64,000 bases of DNA from an uncultured bacterium (GCA_964654545.1 CAZZIU010000014.1:899-64898); one strand, 5' to 3'. Positions 1-11,099 are shown, numbered from the stretch's first letter. Notes: a model not told the origin generated them from the letters alone. Numbers and translations are program-made.

Positions 1-410
1 ATACGGGACTTGAGGTGGAGGCCCTGAACGGAGCACCCGGTGTAACCGCCGCCAGATTTGCTGGGGAACACGCTACTTTTGACGATAATATTAATAAATT
101 GCTCCATCAACTCAAGGATAAATCGAAGGAAGAAAGATCGGCACAATTCCGTTCCGTTATCAGTTATGTTGATAAAACCCGGGAACTCTGGGCGGAAGGG
201 TCCATAAAAGGTTTCATCCTCGAAAAACGAAAAGGTGCCGATGGGTTTGGATATGACCCCGTATTTTTTGTACCGGAAATGAATAAAACTTTTGCAGAAA
301 TGTCAGATAACGAAAAAAATTCAATCAGTCATCGTGCACGTGCCGTGCATGCCATAAAAAACAAGCTGGAATTTCTGGCCAATTCAGCCCAGCAAAGGAG
401 TATCGTATAG
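1..410 (+). CDS. rdgB: dITP/XTP (non-canonical purine NTP) pyrophosphatase, RdgB/HAM1 family; 5' end cut by the window edge
   Basis: C-terminal motifs GFGYDPVFFVPE...KNSISHRARA match the RdgB/HAM1 signature. The reading frame is open to position 1. Confidence 0.9.
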   Translation, partial: TGLEVEALNGAPGVTAARFAGEHATFDDNINKLLHQLKDKSKEERSAQFRSVISYVDKTRELWAEGSIKGFILEKRKGADGFGYDPVFFVPEMNKTFAEMSDNEKNSISHRARAVHAIKNKLEFLANSAQQRSIV

Positions 411-490
411 AGTCATAGCTAACATGTATTAATTCCGGCGGCAGTATTATCCACGTCACACAAGTTCAAACATTTTTTAAAAACACTCCC

Positions 491-3400
491 GTGAGTGTGA
501 GGGCAATCTGCGTCCTGTTCTTTTGTATTACAACCTATTCTCATTCTCAGTCCTATACCACTACCGAACCACTTCCTTTAAGCAACAAATACACCGTATT
601 TGGATTTCCCACAATGCCATTATCCATGGGTATGCTATCAGACACAGCAGTGGCGCCACATGGATGGCTAACGGCATCTTATGGGGATCGCGTAGTCGAG
701 ATTCACATAGATCGTGACTGGACCACCATCACCCTTACTGAATCCATTGATGGCAGGATAGTAAAAATGCCTTTTGTCGCTCCCATGGATTGGTATTTTT
801 CAAGTATGCTGGTGGTGAACCGTCAACTTTCATTTATTGCCAAAGTTAATGCGCTGATTAATCTATCCGAAGAAGACAAAACCACCGGTGGCGCCGGCAA
901 ATCAATTGAAGTTGTGGGGCTTAATCTGGGGGGTCTTGGCCGAGCATCGCTGCGGGTCAGAGGAAATGTAAATATTTCCGGTAAAATGGTCTTTCAGGAT
1001 CAGCAGCTTGTTGCATCAAGCGTTAAAGAGAATAACAACACGCACCTGGAATTCGATCAAAAACAGAATTTAAACATTGAAGGAAAAATTGGCGATCGTA
1101 TAACCGTTAAGATGGATCAGGATTCAGAACGGGATTTCGATTGGGAAAACAATATTCGCATCACCTATGATGGCCATGAGGACGATATTATACAGAAAGT
1201 TGAAGCCGGTAACATATCATTGTCACTTCCCGCTACACAATACGTGACTTTTTCAGGGTCGAATAAAGGGTTGTTTGGCTTAAAAGCAATTTCGAAACTG
1301 GGACCTTTGGATATAACAACCATCGCTTCCATAGAACAAACCAAAAAGGAGCAACAATCCTACAAAGGGAGCAACGAAAAAAAGACCACCGTGATAAAGG
1401 ATAATCAATATGTCAAAGATCAACACTTTATCATTCATGAGTGGTTCCGGAACGGGGTGAATTCTGATACGATTCCATACTACATAAATGACGATTTTAT
1501 CATTCCACCCTATTATCCCCTTAGCCAAGAAGGATACCATTATGTCGGGAACGTAAAAATTGTGGATTTTGAGCTATACAAAAGTTCCACGAGCAATGAC
1601 GCCTCCATTATCCCGGGTATTGCATACAGAGATGCCCTGGCGCAAGATCCTACCGGAACGGTCCAGCGAAATTTTATCAGGATGGAAAGAAATGTGGATT
1701 ATTATATTTCACCTGATTACGGCTATCTGCGATTAAATCAAAGTGCATACAATGTAGAATTAGGATGTACATTTTCGCTTGTTCTCAGGGATGGGTCAAA
1801 TAAGGAGCGCCTCATTACCATTGGTCACGGCATTACGGAAACAGATTCCGTACTGGCGCTAAAAATGATCAAGCCAATTTCTTCGTCATATGCGGACACC
1901 AAAACCTGGCCGCTGATGTTGAAAAACATTTACAATCTTGGGACCTCAAACATTATTCAGGAAGGGTTTGAGGTTCGAATTGTAAATACCAACAGTGCAA
2001 CGGTTACAGATAGGTTCAGAGATGGGAGATCGTTTCTGACACTATTTGGATTGGACAGGCAAGGTAAAAATGGGGAAGGAACACCTTCGGATGATCTCAT
2101 TGACCTGGATAATGCGAATATCATTAGCCTGGCAAACGGTGAGCTTGTATTGCCATTCTACCATCCGTTTGCAGTTGATACAGTTGAGGGTGGAAATCCG
2201 AATGAAGAGCTTCAGGATTTATTAGGTAATGGTGACATGTATTTTAATACCGCTCAATTGGCCAATGCGGATAATAATTTTGTCATTGAAGCCGATTACA
2301 CCAACCCTAGTTCAACCATTAGTCTTGGTTTTATGCTGGTGGAGGGCAGTGAAGAAATAAAAATCAATGGGGCAAAACAAAACAGAGGGATTGACTATCA
2401 AATTGACTATTTCACCGGGACAATAATACTGGAATCAGAATTAGCACAAGACCCCAATGCAGATATTCAAATCCTGTACGATAAACACGAATTGGTATCT
2501 TTTGATAAGAAGGTTATTGTAGGAACACGAGCTCAAATGGATATCAATGAAAATTCTTTTGTTGGGGCAACCGCACTGTATTTTAATCAATCTGTTATCG
2601 ATGAAAAAGTTGAAGTGGGGTATGAGCCTACGCGCAATTTTATTTGGGATGTAAATGGACGGTATGAAATTGGAATGGATGGTCTGACCCGCTGGCTTGA
2701 CAGGTTGCCGCTCATAGAGGCTAATCAAAGCAGTAAATTTTCTGTTGAAGGCGAGTTTGCCCAGGTTCTACCGAATCCCAATCCAATTAACAATAAAGCA
2801 ACCGGTGATCCAAATGGTGTTGCCTATATTGATGATTTTGAAGGAGCAAAACGCACCACCAATCCACCTATTTTGAGACGATACTGGAAGTATTCTTCTG
2901 CTCCGGTTGATGTATTGGCAGGAACAACCCTGAGGCAGGATTACCGATACAATATGTGGTGGTACAATCCCTATGACCAGGAATTAACAAAAAATATCTG
3001 GCCGAATCAGTCAACCTCTATTCAAGCAGGAAATGAAACAACAGATATATTGGTGCTTGCGCTGGAGAAAAAACCACACCAGTCCAATTTCCCAACTGAT
3101 TCATTGTGGGCCGGTATTACCACGTCATTCTACTCCGGTGATTATGATCAGACTAAAAGCAAATTTTTTGAAATATGGGTGAAAGGAACCAAGGGAAATC
3201 TTACCATCAATATTGGAAAAATAAGTGAAGATTCAGATGGGAATGGATTTTTAAACAACGAAGATAAAGCGGAGAGTTTACCCATAGGAAACGGGTTATT
3301 GGATGATGGAGAAGACACGGGTCTGGATGGGTGTTTCGATGAATACGAAGACGGTTGGGGAGGTTGTCTTTCCGACAGTACCTATGCTGACTATTACTCA

Positions 3401-6400
3401 GAATATTTAATTACAGGTAATCCCGGTCCCATAAATCCATTGGTGGCAGACAGTGACGATCCAAATGGAGATAACTGGTCGTACAGTGCTGGTAGCAGAG
3501 ACTACACAAGGATCAATGGGACGGAGGGAAATGGATCAGGAAGTCAGGTGCAGGAAGGTGGTCTCTATCCGGACACGGAGGATTTAGACCGATCAGGATT
3601 TTTGGATAATGAAAATGACTATTTCACTGCAACCCTGGATTTAATGGATACGACGTATCTTGCAGGAAGCACAGTGAAAGATGGCACACCCACGGGTTGG
3701 AAACTCTACAGAATACCTTTGTCCCACTTCCAAGGCCTGGATAAAATTACCTGGTCCGAAGCGAAAAATTTACGGCTTGTATGGTCCGGTATACAGGAAG
3801 ATGAAATAATAAATCGGGCCGCACTGCAAATCGCAAAAATTGAGTTAGTGGGCAACGAGTGGCTTGAGCTTGGTATATCGGATACATCCTCCAATATCTA
3901 TTCTTCTCATTACGAATGGCAGGATGCAGTATTTAATGGTGAAACCGGTTATGATACTCTCTATCACCGCACCAGAACGGATAGCATTTTTGCCGTCACT
4001 GTGGTAAACACAGAAGATAACGCCGATTACGAACCGCCCAGGGGTGTTCGAGGTGAGTACGATCCCATAAATCAATTGGAATCAAAAGAACAATCGCTTG
4101 TATTGAAATTTACCGAACTTCCATCAGGGTACAAGGCAGCAGCCCAGAAAACATTGTTGAATGTGTCTGGAGACAGAGCAAAAAGTTATTTGACCTATGA
4201 TTTTATGAAAATGTTTGTCTATGGAAATAGCGACTGGATTTCCTTTGATGACACGAAAGTGGATATTTTTCTTCAATTTGGATTTAAAAATAACTATTAT
4301 GAAATAATCCAACCTGTCTACGATCAGTGGGACGAGACGGAAAATCGAAATTCATTACTTGTTGATCTGAATTGGCTCACATCCTTAAAACAGAAAGATT
4401 CAACAAATATAAGCAAATTTCGAAATACAGATATTTTTATTGATTCAACCAACGTGAAACACTATTACTTTACCGACAGCAATGGAAACTTGACTGGCAA
4501 AAAAGTATCTATTTATGGGACACCGGCAATACAACGAAGTGATTATTTTAATGTGGGTGTAAGGAATCGCGCTGACGAACCAATCACAGGTGAAATTTGG
4601 TTGGATGAATTGCGGTTAAGCGGGGTGAAAAAGGAAAAGGGTGTCGCCATGCGGATGCAGTCAAAAGTGAATTTATCCGACATTGGCAATGCGACAATAA
4701 TCTATAGCCGTAAAGATGCAGATTTCCATGTGTTGCAGGAACGGTTAGGCTCCAACAACACAAAAGAGGATTTACGAATAAATACCTCAATTAATTTATC
4801 CAAATTTTTGCCGAAATCACTTGGGTTAAAAATTCCACTGACAACCAGTTATTCAAACTCTGTTAGCCTGCCTAAATATTTCCCCGGGTCGGATATTTAT
4901 ATCCCAACACAATCTGTACCAGATTCCATAAAAACACTGTCAGAATCGGTAACAATATCAACCAGTATTACAAAATCAAGTAAGTCTGATAATAAGATTA
5001 TCAAATACACACTGGATAACCTTAATGGCAGCTTTAGCGCGTCTAAACAATTTTTCTCTAATGATTTAATGGAAGAAAAAATTGACCAGAGTTATACCTG
5101 GAAAGGTGCCTACCATTTAAATTTTGGCAGAGATAACTATATTCGACCACTAAAATGGCTGGCCAACCTTCCACTTGTAGGAGATCGATTTGAAGAATTC
5201 CATTTGTACTATACACCATCGTCATGTAACACGAACGTCAATTTGACCGAGAAGATATCGTCGAAAAAACCAAGAAATGCAAATCCAACGCCACATAGCT
5301 ACGATATGGGATTGAACCGGGGCTTTGGACTTGATTATAAGTTGACCGAATCCATAGCGAGTCAGTACAAAAAAACACTCTCGAATGATTTAGATTATAT
5401 CTGGAGTCCATTAGGTTATAATTGGAATTTGAACGAATTTGACACGGGAATTCTTACCAATAGTACGGAAAGCTTGAGCACCAAGTACACGCCAGAAATT
5501 TTCAGTTGGTTAAAACCAAGTTTTAATCATACGGCCAATTACCGCTGGAATTACCCGCTTGGGAGCAGCAGTGGAGGAGCAAATATTGCAACACAGCTTC
5601 GCTTTAATACCAATGTTTCCCTGAGCCTGTCGTCCATTATGGATACTTTTTACAAGCCGGTTTCATCTGCCCCAAGGGGTCGGAGGCGACGGGGACAGTC
5701 TTTAGAAACCAATGAAACTAAAAAGAGCGCAGAAAAGTCTGATAATAAGATTCTAAAAACAGCGTATGCTTTTGTAAAAAAGATTGATCCAATTAGCTTA
5801 ACATTTACAGAATCATTAACTCGCAATGGAAACGGAGTACTTGGGAAAGTACCTACAGGATATAAATTTGGTTGGTTGCCGGATCATGGACTCTCCCATT
5901 CAGATCGTGTTGCATCCAACACCGGAAACTGGGACAATAGCCTTGATTTCGCTGTTCGATCCGGTCTGAGACCGATTCAAAATCTCAATGTATCTGTGAA
6001 TTATTCCCAAAACCTATCGCACGGTATTGGTGCAAGCGGAATTGACCAATGGAATATTACACGAGACTACGTGGGATATGGCGAGAACCTTTCTAAAGGA
6101 TTTCCTTTTAGTAGTTGGTCATTAAAAATTAATGGACTTGAAAAACTTCCCTATGTTAAAGATTATGTGAGATCATTGAGTTTCGAACATGCCTTTTCCG
6201 GGAAGGAAACGCGGGCCTGGCAATTCGATGATGACACAAGTACAGTTTCTGATCCATCTTTTTGGAACCTGGGTGAATTTATTGATAGCAACCAATCGGC
6301 AGAAAGATCAAGTAGGATTTCTTCAAATTTTACACCGTTAGCGGGATTAACATTTTCTTTTAAGAAAGGAATATCCCTTACTATGCGATACAACAAGTCC

Positions 6401-6781
6401 ACAACGCTTGAACAGCAAAACCAGGGACAAACGTTGCGCCTGGAATCTTCATTTAATGCAGGAGCGAACTATTCTCATCGAGGTGGTATCACTATACCGC
6501 TACCCATGATGGAAGATTTCCATATTAGCAATACAATGAACTTTAACTTTAATTATGAAAGCAATTCCAGGCAATCCAAAGGAAGAAGTGACATTACAGA
6601 GTCGTTTTCAAACCAGGATAAAAATTCAAGCTGGAAAGCGGGCTTAAGGGTTAGTTATTCGTTTACATCGCGAGTTAGCGGCGGACTTGTGTATGAATAT
6701 CGAGAGTCAAAAACCAGTCAATCCGGAAAGCGCATTGATCGTGATTTTGGATTTGATGTAAATATTGCAATATCAGGATGA
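491..6781 (+). CDS. sprA: T9SS translocon SprA/Sov-like giant outer-membrane beta-barrel protein
   Basis: 2096-aa ORF with a GTG start and a signal peptide (..TYSHS|Q). Composition is beta-rich (N/S/T/Y/F) throughout. The N-terminal block VEAGNISLSLP...GLFGLKA resembles the SprA N-terminal repeat as I recall it. Context supports the call: a glutaminyl-cyclase-like gene, PorV/PorQ-like barrels and CTD cargo lie directly downstream. Confidence 0.8.
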   Translation: MSVRAICVLFFCITTYSHSQSYTTTEPLPLSNKYTVFGFPTMPLSMGMLSDTAVAPHGWLTASYGDRVVEIHIDRDWTTITLTESIDGRIVKMPFVAPMDWYFSSMLVVNRQLSFIAKVNALINLSEEDKTTGGAGKSIEVVGLNLGGLGRASLRVRGNVNISGKMVFQDQQLVASSVKENNNTHLEFDQKQNLNIEGKIGDRITVKMDQDSERDFDWENNIRITYDGHEDDIIQKVEAGNISLSLPATQYVTFSGSNKGLFGLKAISKLGPLDITTIASIEQTKKEQQSYKGSNEKKTTVIKDNQYVKDQHFIIHEWFRNGVNSDTIPYYINDDFIIPPYYPLSQEGYHYVGNVKIVDFELYKSSTSNDASIIPGIAYRDALAQDPTGTVQRNFIRMERNVDYYISPDYGYLRLNQSAYNVELGCTFSLVLRDGSNKERLITIGHGITETDSVLALKMIKPISSSYADTKTWPLMLKNIYNLGTSNIIQEGFEVRIVNTNSATVTDRFRDGRSFLTLFGLDRQGKNGEGTPSDDLIDLDNANIISLANGELVLPFYHPFAVDTVEGGNPNEELQDLLGNGDMYFNTAQLANADNNFVIEADYTNPSSTISLGFMLVEGSEEIKINGAKQNRGIDYQIDYFTGTIILESELAQDPNADIQILYDKHELVSFDKKVIVGTRAQMDINENSFVGATALYFNQSVIDEKVEVGYEPTRNFIWDVNGRYEIGMDGLTRWLDRLPLIEANQSSKFSVEGEFAQVLPNPNPINNKATGDPNGVAYIDDFEGAKRTTNPPILRRYWKYSSAPVDVLAGTTLRQDYRYNMWWYNPYDQELTKNIWPNQSTSIQAGNETTDILVLALEKKPHQSNFPTDSLWAGITTSFYSGDYDQTKSKFFEIWVKGTKGNLTINIGKISEDSDGNGFLNNEDKAESLPIGNGLLDDGEDTGLDGCFDEYEDGWGGCLSDSTYADYYSEYLITGNPGPINPLVADSDDPNGDNWSYSAGSRDYTRINGTEGNGSGSQVQEGGLYPDTEDLDRSGFLDNENDYFTATLDLMDTTYLAGSTVKDGTPTGWKLYRIPLSHFQGLDKITWSEAKNLRLVWSGIQEDEIINRAALQIAKIELVGNEWLELGISDTSSNIYSSHYEWQDAVFNGETGYDTLYHRTRTDSIFAVTVVNTEDNADYEPPRGVRGEYDPINQLESKEQSLVLKFTELPSGYKAAAQKTLLNVSGDRAKSYLTYDFMKMFVYGNSDWISFDDTKVDIFLQFGFKNNYYEIIQPVYDQWDETENRNSLLVDLNWLTSLKQKDSTNISKFRNTDIFIDSTNVKHYYFTDSNGNLTGKKVSIYGTPAIQRSDYFNVGVRNRADEPITGEIWLDELRLSGVKKEKGVAMRMQSKVNLSDIGNATIIYSRKDADFHVLQERLGSNNTKEDLRINTSINLSKFLPKSLGLKIPLTTSYSNSVSLPKYFPGSDIYIPTQSVPDSIKTLSESVTISTSITKSSKSDNKIIKYTLDNLNGSFSASKQFFSNDLMEEKIDQSYTWKGAYHLNFGRDNYIRPLKWLANLPLVGDRFEEFHLYYTPSSCNTNVNLTEKISSKKPRNANPTPHSYDMGLNRGFGLDYKLTESIASQYKKTLSNDLDYIWSPLGYNWNLNEFDTGILTNSTESLSTKYTPEIFSWLKPSFNHTANYRWNYPLGSSSGGANIATQLRFNTNVSLSLSSIMDTFYKPVSSAPRGRRRRGQSLETNETKKSAEKSDNKILKTAYAFVKKIDPISLTFTESLTRNGNGVLGKVPTGYKFGWLPDHGLSHSDRVASNTGNWDNSLDFAVRSGLRPIQNLNVSVNYSQNLSHGIGASGIDQWNITRDYVGYGENLSKGFPFSSWSLKINGLEKLPYVKDYVRSLSFEHAFSGKETRAWQFDDDTSTVSDPSFWNLGEFIDSNQSAERSSRISSNFTPLAGLTFSFKKGISLTMRYNKSTTLEQQNQGQTLRLESSFNAGANYSHRGGITIPLPMMEDFHISNTMNFNFNYESNSRQSKGRSDITESFSNQDKNSSWKAGLRVSYSFTSRVSGGLVYEYRESKTSQSGKRIDRDFGFDVNIAISG

Positions 6782-7701
6782 TCACGGAAAAAATTATAGC
6801 AATATTTCTTGCAGTCGTTGTTTCCGCTTCCTGTCAGCAAGCGACCACATCATTTGATGCCCAACGAGCATACTCATTTCTTACAAAACAATGTGACTTT
6901 GGCCCACGGAATCCAGGATCCCCCGGATACGTTGCTTGTAAAGATTATTTGATAGATATGATGCAACAATTGGCTGACACGGTTATCACACAACCTTTCC
7001 AATATACGGATATGCGTGATCATAAAACACATGATTTGACCAATATCATCGCTCAATTTAATGTGGACCAACCCAACCACCTCCTCATTGGCGCGCACTG
7101 GGATACCCGTCCATGGGCTGATTGGGATCCCTATACTGATTTACGTGATCAACCTATTCTGGGTGCCAACGATGGCGCCAGCGGGGTAGCAGTATTATTG
7201 GAATTAGCGCACCAATTTCAGGTCAAATCACCGCCAATCAGCATAACACTCATTTTTTTGGATGGCGAAGACCTGGGTATCCCTGGCAACGTAAATTCCT
7301 ATGCGCAGGGATCCCAGTATTTTTCTAAACACCTACCAGTATCAGTTCCGGATCGCGCTATTATTCTGGATATGGTTGGGGATGCAAATCTGTCGCTGCC
7401 CATAGAACGGAATTCCTACCAGATAGCCCCCCAATTGGTTAAAGAATTATGGCAATTGGCCGAAGAATTGAAACTACCTGCTTTTAAATCCTTCATCGAC
7501 AAAACAATTTTTGATGATCATATACCATTGTGGGAATATGCCCGAATCCCGGCAATCGATATTATTGACTTTGATTACCCGTACGAAGGGGAAAACTATT
7601 GGCACACGCAGGATGATATTCCAGGGAATTGTTCTCCTGAGAGTCTGGACCAGGTTGGAACACTGCTGATAGAGTATATTTGGAGACAAAGCAATGATTG
7701 A
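6778..7701 (+). CDS. M28-family metallopeptidase-fold lipoprotein, glutaminyl-peptide cyclotransferase-like
   Basis: M28/QC metal-site blocks are present: GAHWDTRPWAD, GANDGASGVAVLLELA, FLDGEDLG, LDMVGD, DDHIPL, WHTQDD. Lipobox VSAS|C. ATGA overlap with the sprA stop. Confidence 0.75.
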   Translation: MITEKIIAIFLAVVVSASCQQATTSFDAQRAYSFLTKQCDFGPRNPGSPGYVACKDYLIDMMQQLADTVITQPFQYTDMRDHKTHDLTNIIAQFNVDQPNHLLIGAHWDTRPWADWDPYTDLRDQPILGANDGASGVAVLLELAHQFQVKSPPISITLIFLDGEDLGIPGNVNSYAQGSQYFSKHLPVSVPDRAIILDMVGDANLSLPIERNSYQIAPQLVKELWQLAEELKLPAFKSFIDKTIFDDHIPLWEYARIPAIDIIDFDYPYEGENYWHTQDDIPGNCSPESLDQVGTLLIEYIWRQSND

Positions 7702-8551
7702 TTGGTTAATGTTCACTCCCTATTTTTGTACCATGCGTCGTGTTGTGATACTCCTGTTTATTGCACTTCTTTTCTGGGGTTGCCCCGGCAATCAACCGGT
7801 CAATGTCAGTACCGAACCTTTGAGTGCACATTCATTTGTCTTTCTTCAGGATGATAATAAATTGGCCTTTTCTATCGTGGTAGAACCGAGTCTGAATGGC
7901 ACACAACTAAGTTCAGTCTGGGTGGATTGGTATGGAACCAATGCTGCAACCACTCCGGATACCATTGCCTTATACGACGACGGTTCTCATGGAGACATTA
8001 TTGGGGATGATCAGGTGTGGATGAGAAAAATTGTAAACGCACCTTCGATTGAGTTAACCAATTCCGTCTCAGTAAACGATAGTGGAAAAGTGTATGCCAT
8101 TTTTAATGCTCTCTTCGGAAGCCAGCTTTCGACAGTTTCCGACTCATTTCATTTAGGAAATTTAAAACCCTACCTGATCAGTGTTACGGCTCCCGATACG
8201 GTTACCAGACCGAATGCAGGCACATTACGTACTATCGAAATAAATTGTCAGGCCAATGACGGAAATGGGTTGTCCGATATTCGTTGGGTTGGATTCAGAT
8301 CTTACAGCGTTGCTCTGGATTCATTTTTATATGATGGGGGATATATTCTCCTTTACGATGATGGAAGCGATTCCGTTCTGTATCAACCGGATCTGACCAG
8401 CGGTGATGCAGTTGCGAACGATGGCATTTTTACGATTACAGCTCAAATACCATCTACCGCGAACACCGGTGCATTTGATTGGATTTTTGAAGCACAGGAT
8501 AAACACTATGAATACAGCGATACGCTGGTGCACAGGATAGTGGTGCAATGA
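7694..8551 (+). CDS. hypothetical lipoprotein with two Ig-like repeats (LYDDGS.GD...DG.F motif)
   Basis: The internal Met at 7733 gives a clean lipoprotein signal (MRRVVILLFIALLFWG|C). The motif is repeated as ALYDDGSHGDIIGDD and LLYDDGSDS..GDAVANDGIF. I recognise no family. Confidence 0.5.
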   Translation: MIDWLMFTPYFCTMRRVVILLFIALLFWGCPGNQPVNVSTEPLSAHSFVFLQDDNKLAFSIVVEPSLNGTQLSSVWVDWYGTNAATTPDTIALYDDGSHGDIIGDDQVWMRKIVNAPSIELTNSVSVNDSGKVYAIFNALFGSQLSTVSDSFHLGNLKPYLISVTAPDTVTRPNAGTLRTIEINCQANDGNGLSDIRWVGFRSYSVALDSFLYDGGYILLYDDGSDSVLYQPDLTSGDAVANDGIFTITAQIPSTANTGAFDWIFEAQDKHYEYSDTLVHRIVVQ

Positions 8552-10176
8552 AAAAACTGGTTATCATTATTACATTCATTGGTGGGTTGTTTTCTCAAAG
8601 CATGTATCCCACGCGCCATTATCTTAATGATCCCGCAGCTTACAGATCCTTTTCTGACGGGTTACTCAGCAATGTAATATCCGAAATCAAACTGCAGGGT
8701 GATTCTACTGTTTGGTTGGGAACCGGCAGGGGGTTAGCCCAAGTTGTGGATTCTTTAACCGTCATCACCATTGATACGTTAACGCTGGATACTGGGATGG
8801 TAGTGATGAATTATGGAATTTCGGCAATTGCTACAATGGGAAATCGTGTTGCATTTGGGGCAGCAACAAGCGACAATGATGTGTCGGTGGGTGCCGGGAT
8901 TTACACCACCGCGAATGCTAATGACTCCATAATTGTATGGCAGCGATTCTCCCAACCGGTGGATGCACAGGGTGATACTTCAGCCCCATTCGCGAGATGG
9001 TTTTTTAGGGCATTACCGGTTACCACAGATCACCAAAATGTTACCTACGATGCTTCCATATCTGGGAATTATTTATGGATCGCCAGTTGGGCAGGTGGAG
9101 TGCGACGATACGATATTGTTGGAAATGTTTGGGATCGCATACCCCTGCCTTTAGATGACACGAACGAACTAATCACGTGTGTCGATAGCGCATACACTGT
9201 AATTAATGGTAAACCCACTTTAAATAATTATAAGTTGAATCCACGGGATCCGTGGAATGGAAGACCACCAAAAAACACCAATCCCGATGCCTATGGCAAC
9301 CACAACCACAAAGGATTTTCTGTACTGGCCTATGGCGATACATTATGGGTGGGTACTGCAAATGGAATTAACCGCGGTATCATTGGGGTTGATGGCTGTA
9401 TTGATTGGATCCATTTTTATTATCCCGCTGACGATCTAACGGGTAATTTTGTCGTAGGACTGGCAAAGCAGGAATGGAACGGAGAGCGTAAAATTTGGGC
9501 GGCTTGTTTAACAGCCGATGACCTAAATGAAGAACGAGGCCTGGCCTGGACAAACAATGACGGTTTAACCTGGCACCGTACGCTTGTGGGAGAAAGAATC
9601 TACAATGTTACTGCACATGATTCAGTTGTACTTGCTTCTTCGGAAAAGGGGCTATGGAAATCGGAAGATGGTCAGACCTGGGCTCTATTCAAACCTGCAA
9701 AAGATGCCACACCATTGCAATCGGAAGAAATACTAAGCGATCAAGTCTACGCCGCTGCAATCGATGCGCGTCCTTACTATACCCAACCTGCCATTTGGAT
9801 AGGGACAGGAGACGGCTTAGCACGATCAGTCGATGTGGATGGGTCTGCCTGGAAAATATTCCGTGCTGAATACGATCCAAATTCCGTCTATGCCTATCCC
9901 AATCCGTTTTCCCCCACAGGACATAATATTATTGGTGGCGATGGGTACGTTCGATTTCATACGGATGTGACAACATCCTTTGTTATTGATATGAGCATTT
10001 ACAATTTTGCCATGGAACAGGTAATAAGTACAAAATTGGATCGTCGATTGGGAGAGGGAGCTCTCAAGTGGAATGGCAGGGATGCCAATGGTAGAATCGT
10101 CGACAATGGCACTTACTTCATCAGACTGAATTATGACAACAAGACAGAATGGCTCAAACTAATTGTAATCAAATGA
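8548..10176 (+). CDS. secreted beta-propeller protein (two-component-regulator-propeller-like blades) with a C-terminal FlgD-Ig-like sorting domain; PorZ-like candidate
   Basis: Signal peptide (..GGLFS|Q). Recurrent blades: VWLGTGRGLAQV, LWVGTANGINRG, IWIGTGDGLARS. C-terminus is YAYPNPFSP...WNGRDANGRIVDNGTYFIRL...LIVIK. ATGA overlap with the upstream gene. Confidence 0.65.
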   Translation: MKKLVIIITFIGGLFSQSMYPTRHYLNDPAAYRSFSDGLLSNVISEIKLQGDSTVWLGTGRGLAQVVDSLTVITIDTLTLDTGMVVMNYGISAIATMGNRVAFGAATSDNDVSVGAGIYTTANANDSIIVWQRFSQPVDAQGDTSAPFARWFFRALPVTTDHQNVTYDASISGNYLWIASWAGGVRRYDIVGNVWDRIPLPLDDTNELITCVDSAYTVINGKPTLNNYKLNPRDPWNGRPPKNTNPDAYGNHNHKGFSVLAYGDTLWVGTANGINRGIIGVDGCIDWIHFYYPADDLTGNFVVGLAKQEWNGERKIWAACLTADDLNEERGLAWTNNDGLTWHRTLVGERIYNVTAHDSVVLASSEKGLWKSEDGQTWALFKPAKDATPLQSEEILSDQVYAAAIDARPYYTQPAIWIGTGDGLARSVDVDGSAWKIFRAEYDPNSVYAYPNPFSPTGHNIIGGDGYVRFHTDVTTSFVIDMSIYNFAMEQVISTKLDRRLGEGALKWNGRDANGRIVDNGTYFIRLNYDNKTEWLKLIVIK

Positions 10177-11099
10177 AAAAGATACTATTTATCCTAACAT
10201 ATTTATCGTTGCTTAGTGCTGTGGATTATGCCGGTTATTCAGGTTCATTTTTACGCCTGGGGACAACAGCAAGATCGGTAGCCATGGGGTCGGCATTTAC
10301 AGCGGCTATTGATGATGCATTTGCAGCGTACCACAACCCGGCCGGGACAGCATTTATGGATTCACCGCGTGTGTCCGTCATTCACCATTCAATGCCACTG
10401 GATAGACGCTTGACCGCATCTGGATTTGCCATGAAATTGCCGCCGACGGCTGGTGTGAGTCTGGCATTTCTCCAAACCGCCACAACAAATATCGATGGTC
10501 GCACCCAGGCCGGACAGCAAACCGATATGCTGACCACCAGCGAAATGGCCGCCTATATCGGCTTTGCTCAACGCATAATGCCTTGGTTGTCGTTCGGTAT
10601 CAATATCAAAATCATGTACCAGTATTTACCACTAAATCAAGAAAAAATACGTGGGAATGGAACCGGTATTGATGTGGGAATTCTCGTTAAGCTGCCGAAA
10701 GAAAGGACACTGGGTTTCACCGTACAGGATTTGAACTCCGGTTATCATTGGGATACCAGTAAAATTCTTGAAAACGGAAGTGCTGATAATGTAAATAAAT
10801 TTCCAGTCATAACCCGTCTGGGTGCATCACTACCGGTAAAGATGTTGTTTGTTACGGCAGATGCAGGTGTGGTCACAGAAGGAAAAACCTACTTGGCGTC
10901 CACTTTTCGTTTTGGGGCTGAATTTCCATACAAAGAAAACTATTTCTTGCGGGCAGGATACGGTAATAACCGATTGGCAGTTGGTGTGGGGATGAAATAT
11001 CGCTTCAGAAATCCTGGAGATGCAGCCATTGACTACAGTGCTGCAGTGGATGCCAGCGGCGGACTTAATCACATTTTTACATTTGCGTTCAAATTATGA
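10173..11099 (+). CDS. PorV/PorQ-family outer-membrane beta-barrel protein
   Basis: I chose the internal ATG at 10173 (MKKILFIL..., ATGA overlap with the upstream stop). The N-terminal signature GSFLRLGTTARSVAMGSAF...AAYHNPAGTAF matches the PorV/PorQ pattern (FL.l..sAR..alGg ... NPA). The protein ends FTFAFKL. Confidence 0.65.
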   Translation: MKKILFILTYLSLLSAVDYAGYSGSFLRLGTTARSVAMGSAFTAAIDDAFAAYHNPAGTAFMDSPRVSVIHHSMPLDRRLTASGFAMKLPPTAGVSLAFLQTATTNIDGRTQAGQQTDMLTTSEMAAYIGFAQRIMPWLSFGINIKIMYQYLPLNQEKIRGNGTGIDVGILVKLPKERTLGFTVQDLNSGYHWDTSKILENGSADNVNKFPVITRLGASLPVKMLFVTADAGVVTEGKTYLASTFRFGAEFPYKENYFLRAGYGNNRLAVGVGMKYRFRNPGDAAIDYSAAVDASGGLNHIFTFAFKL

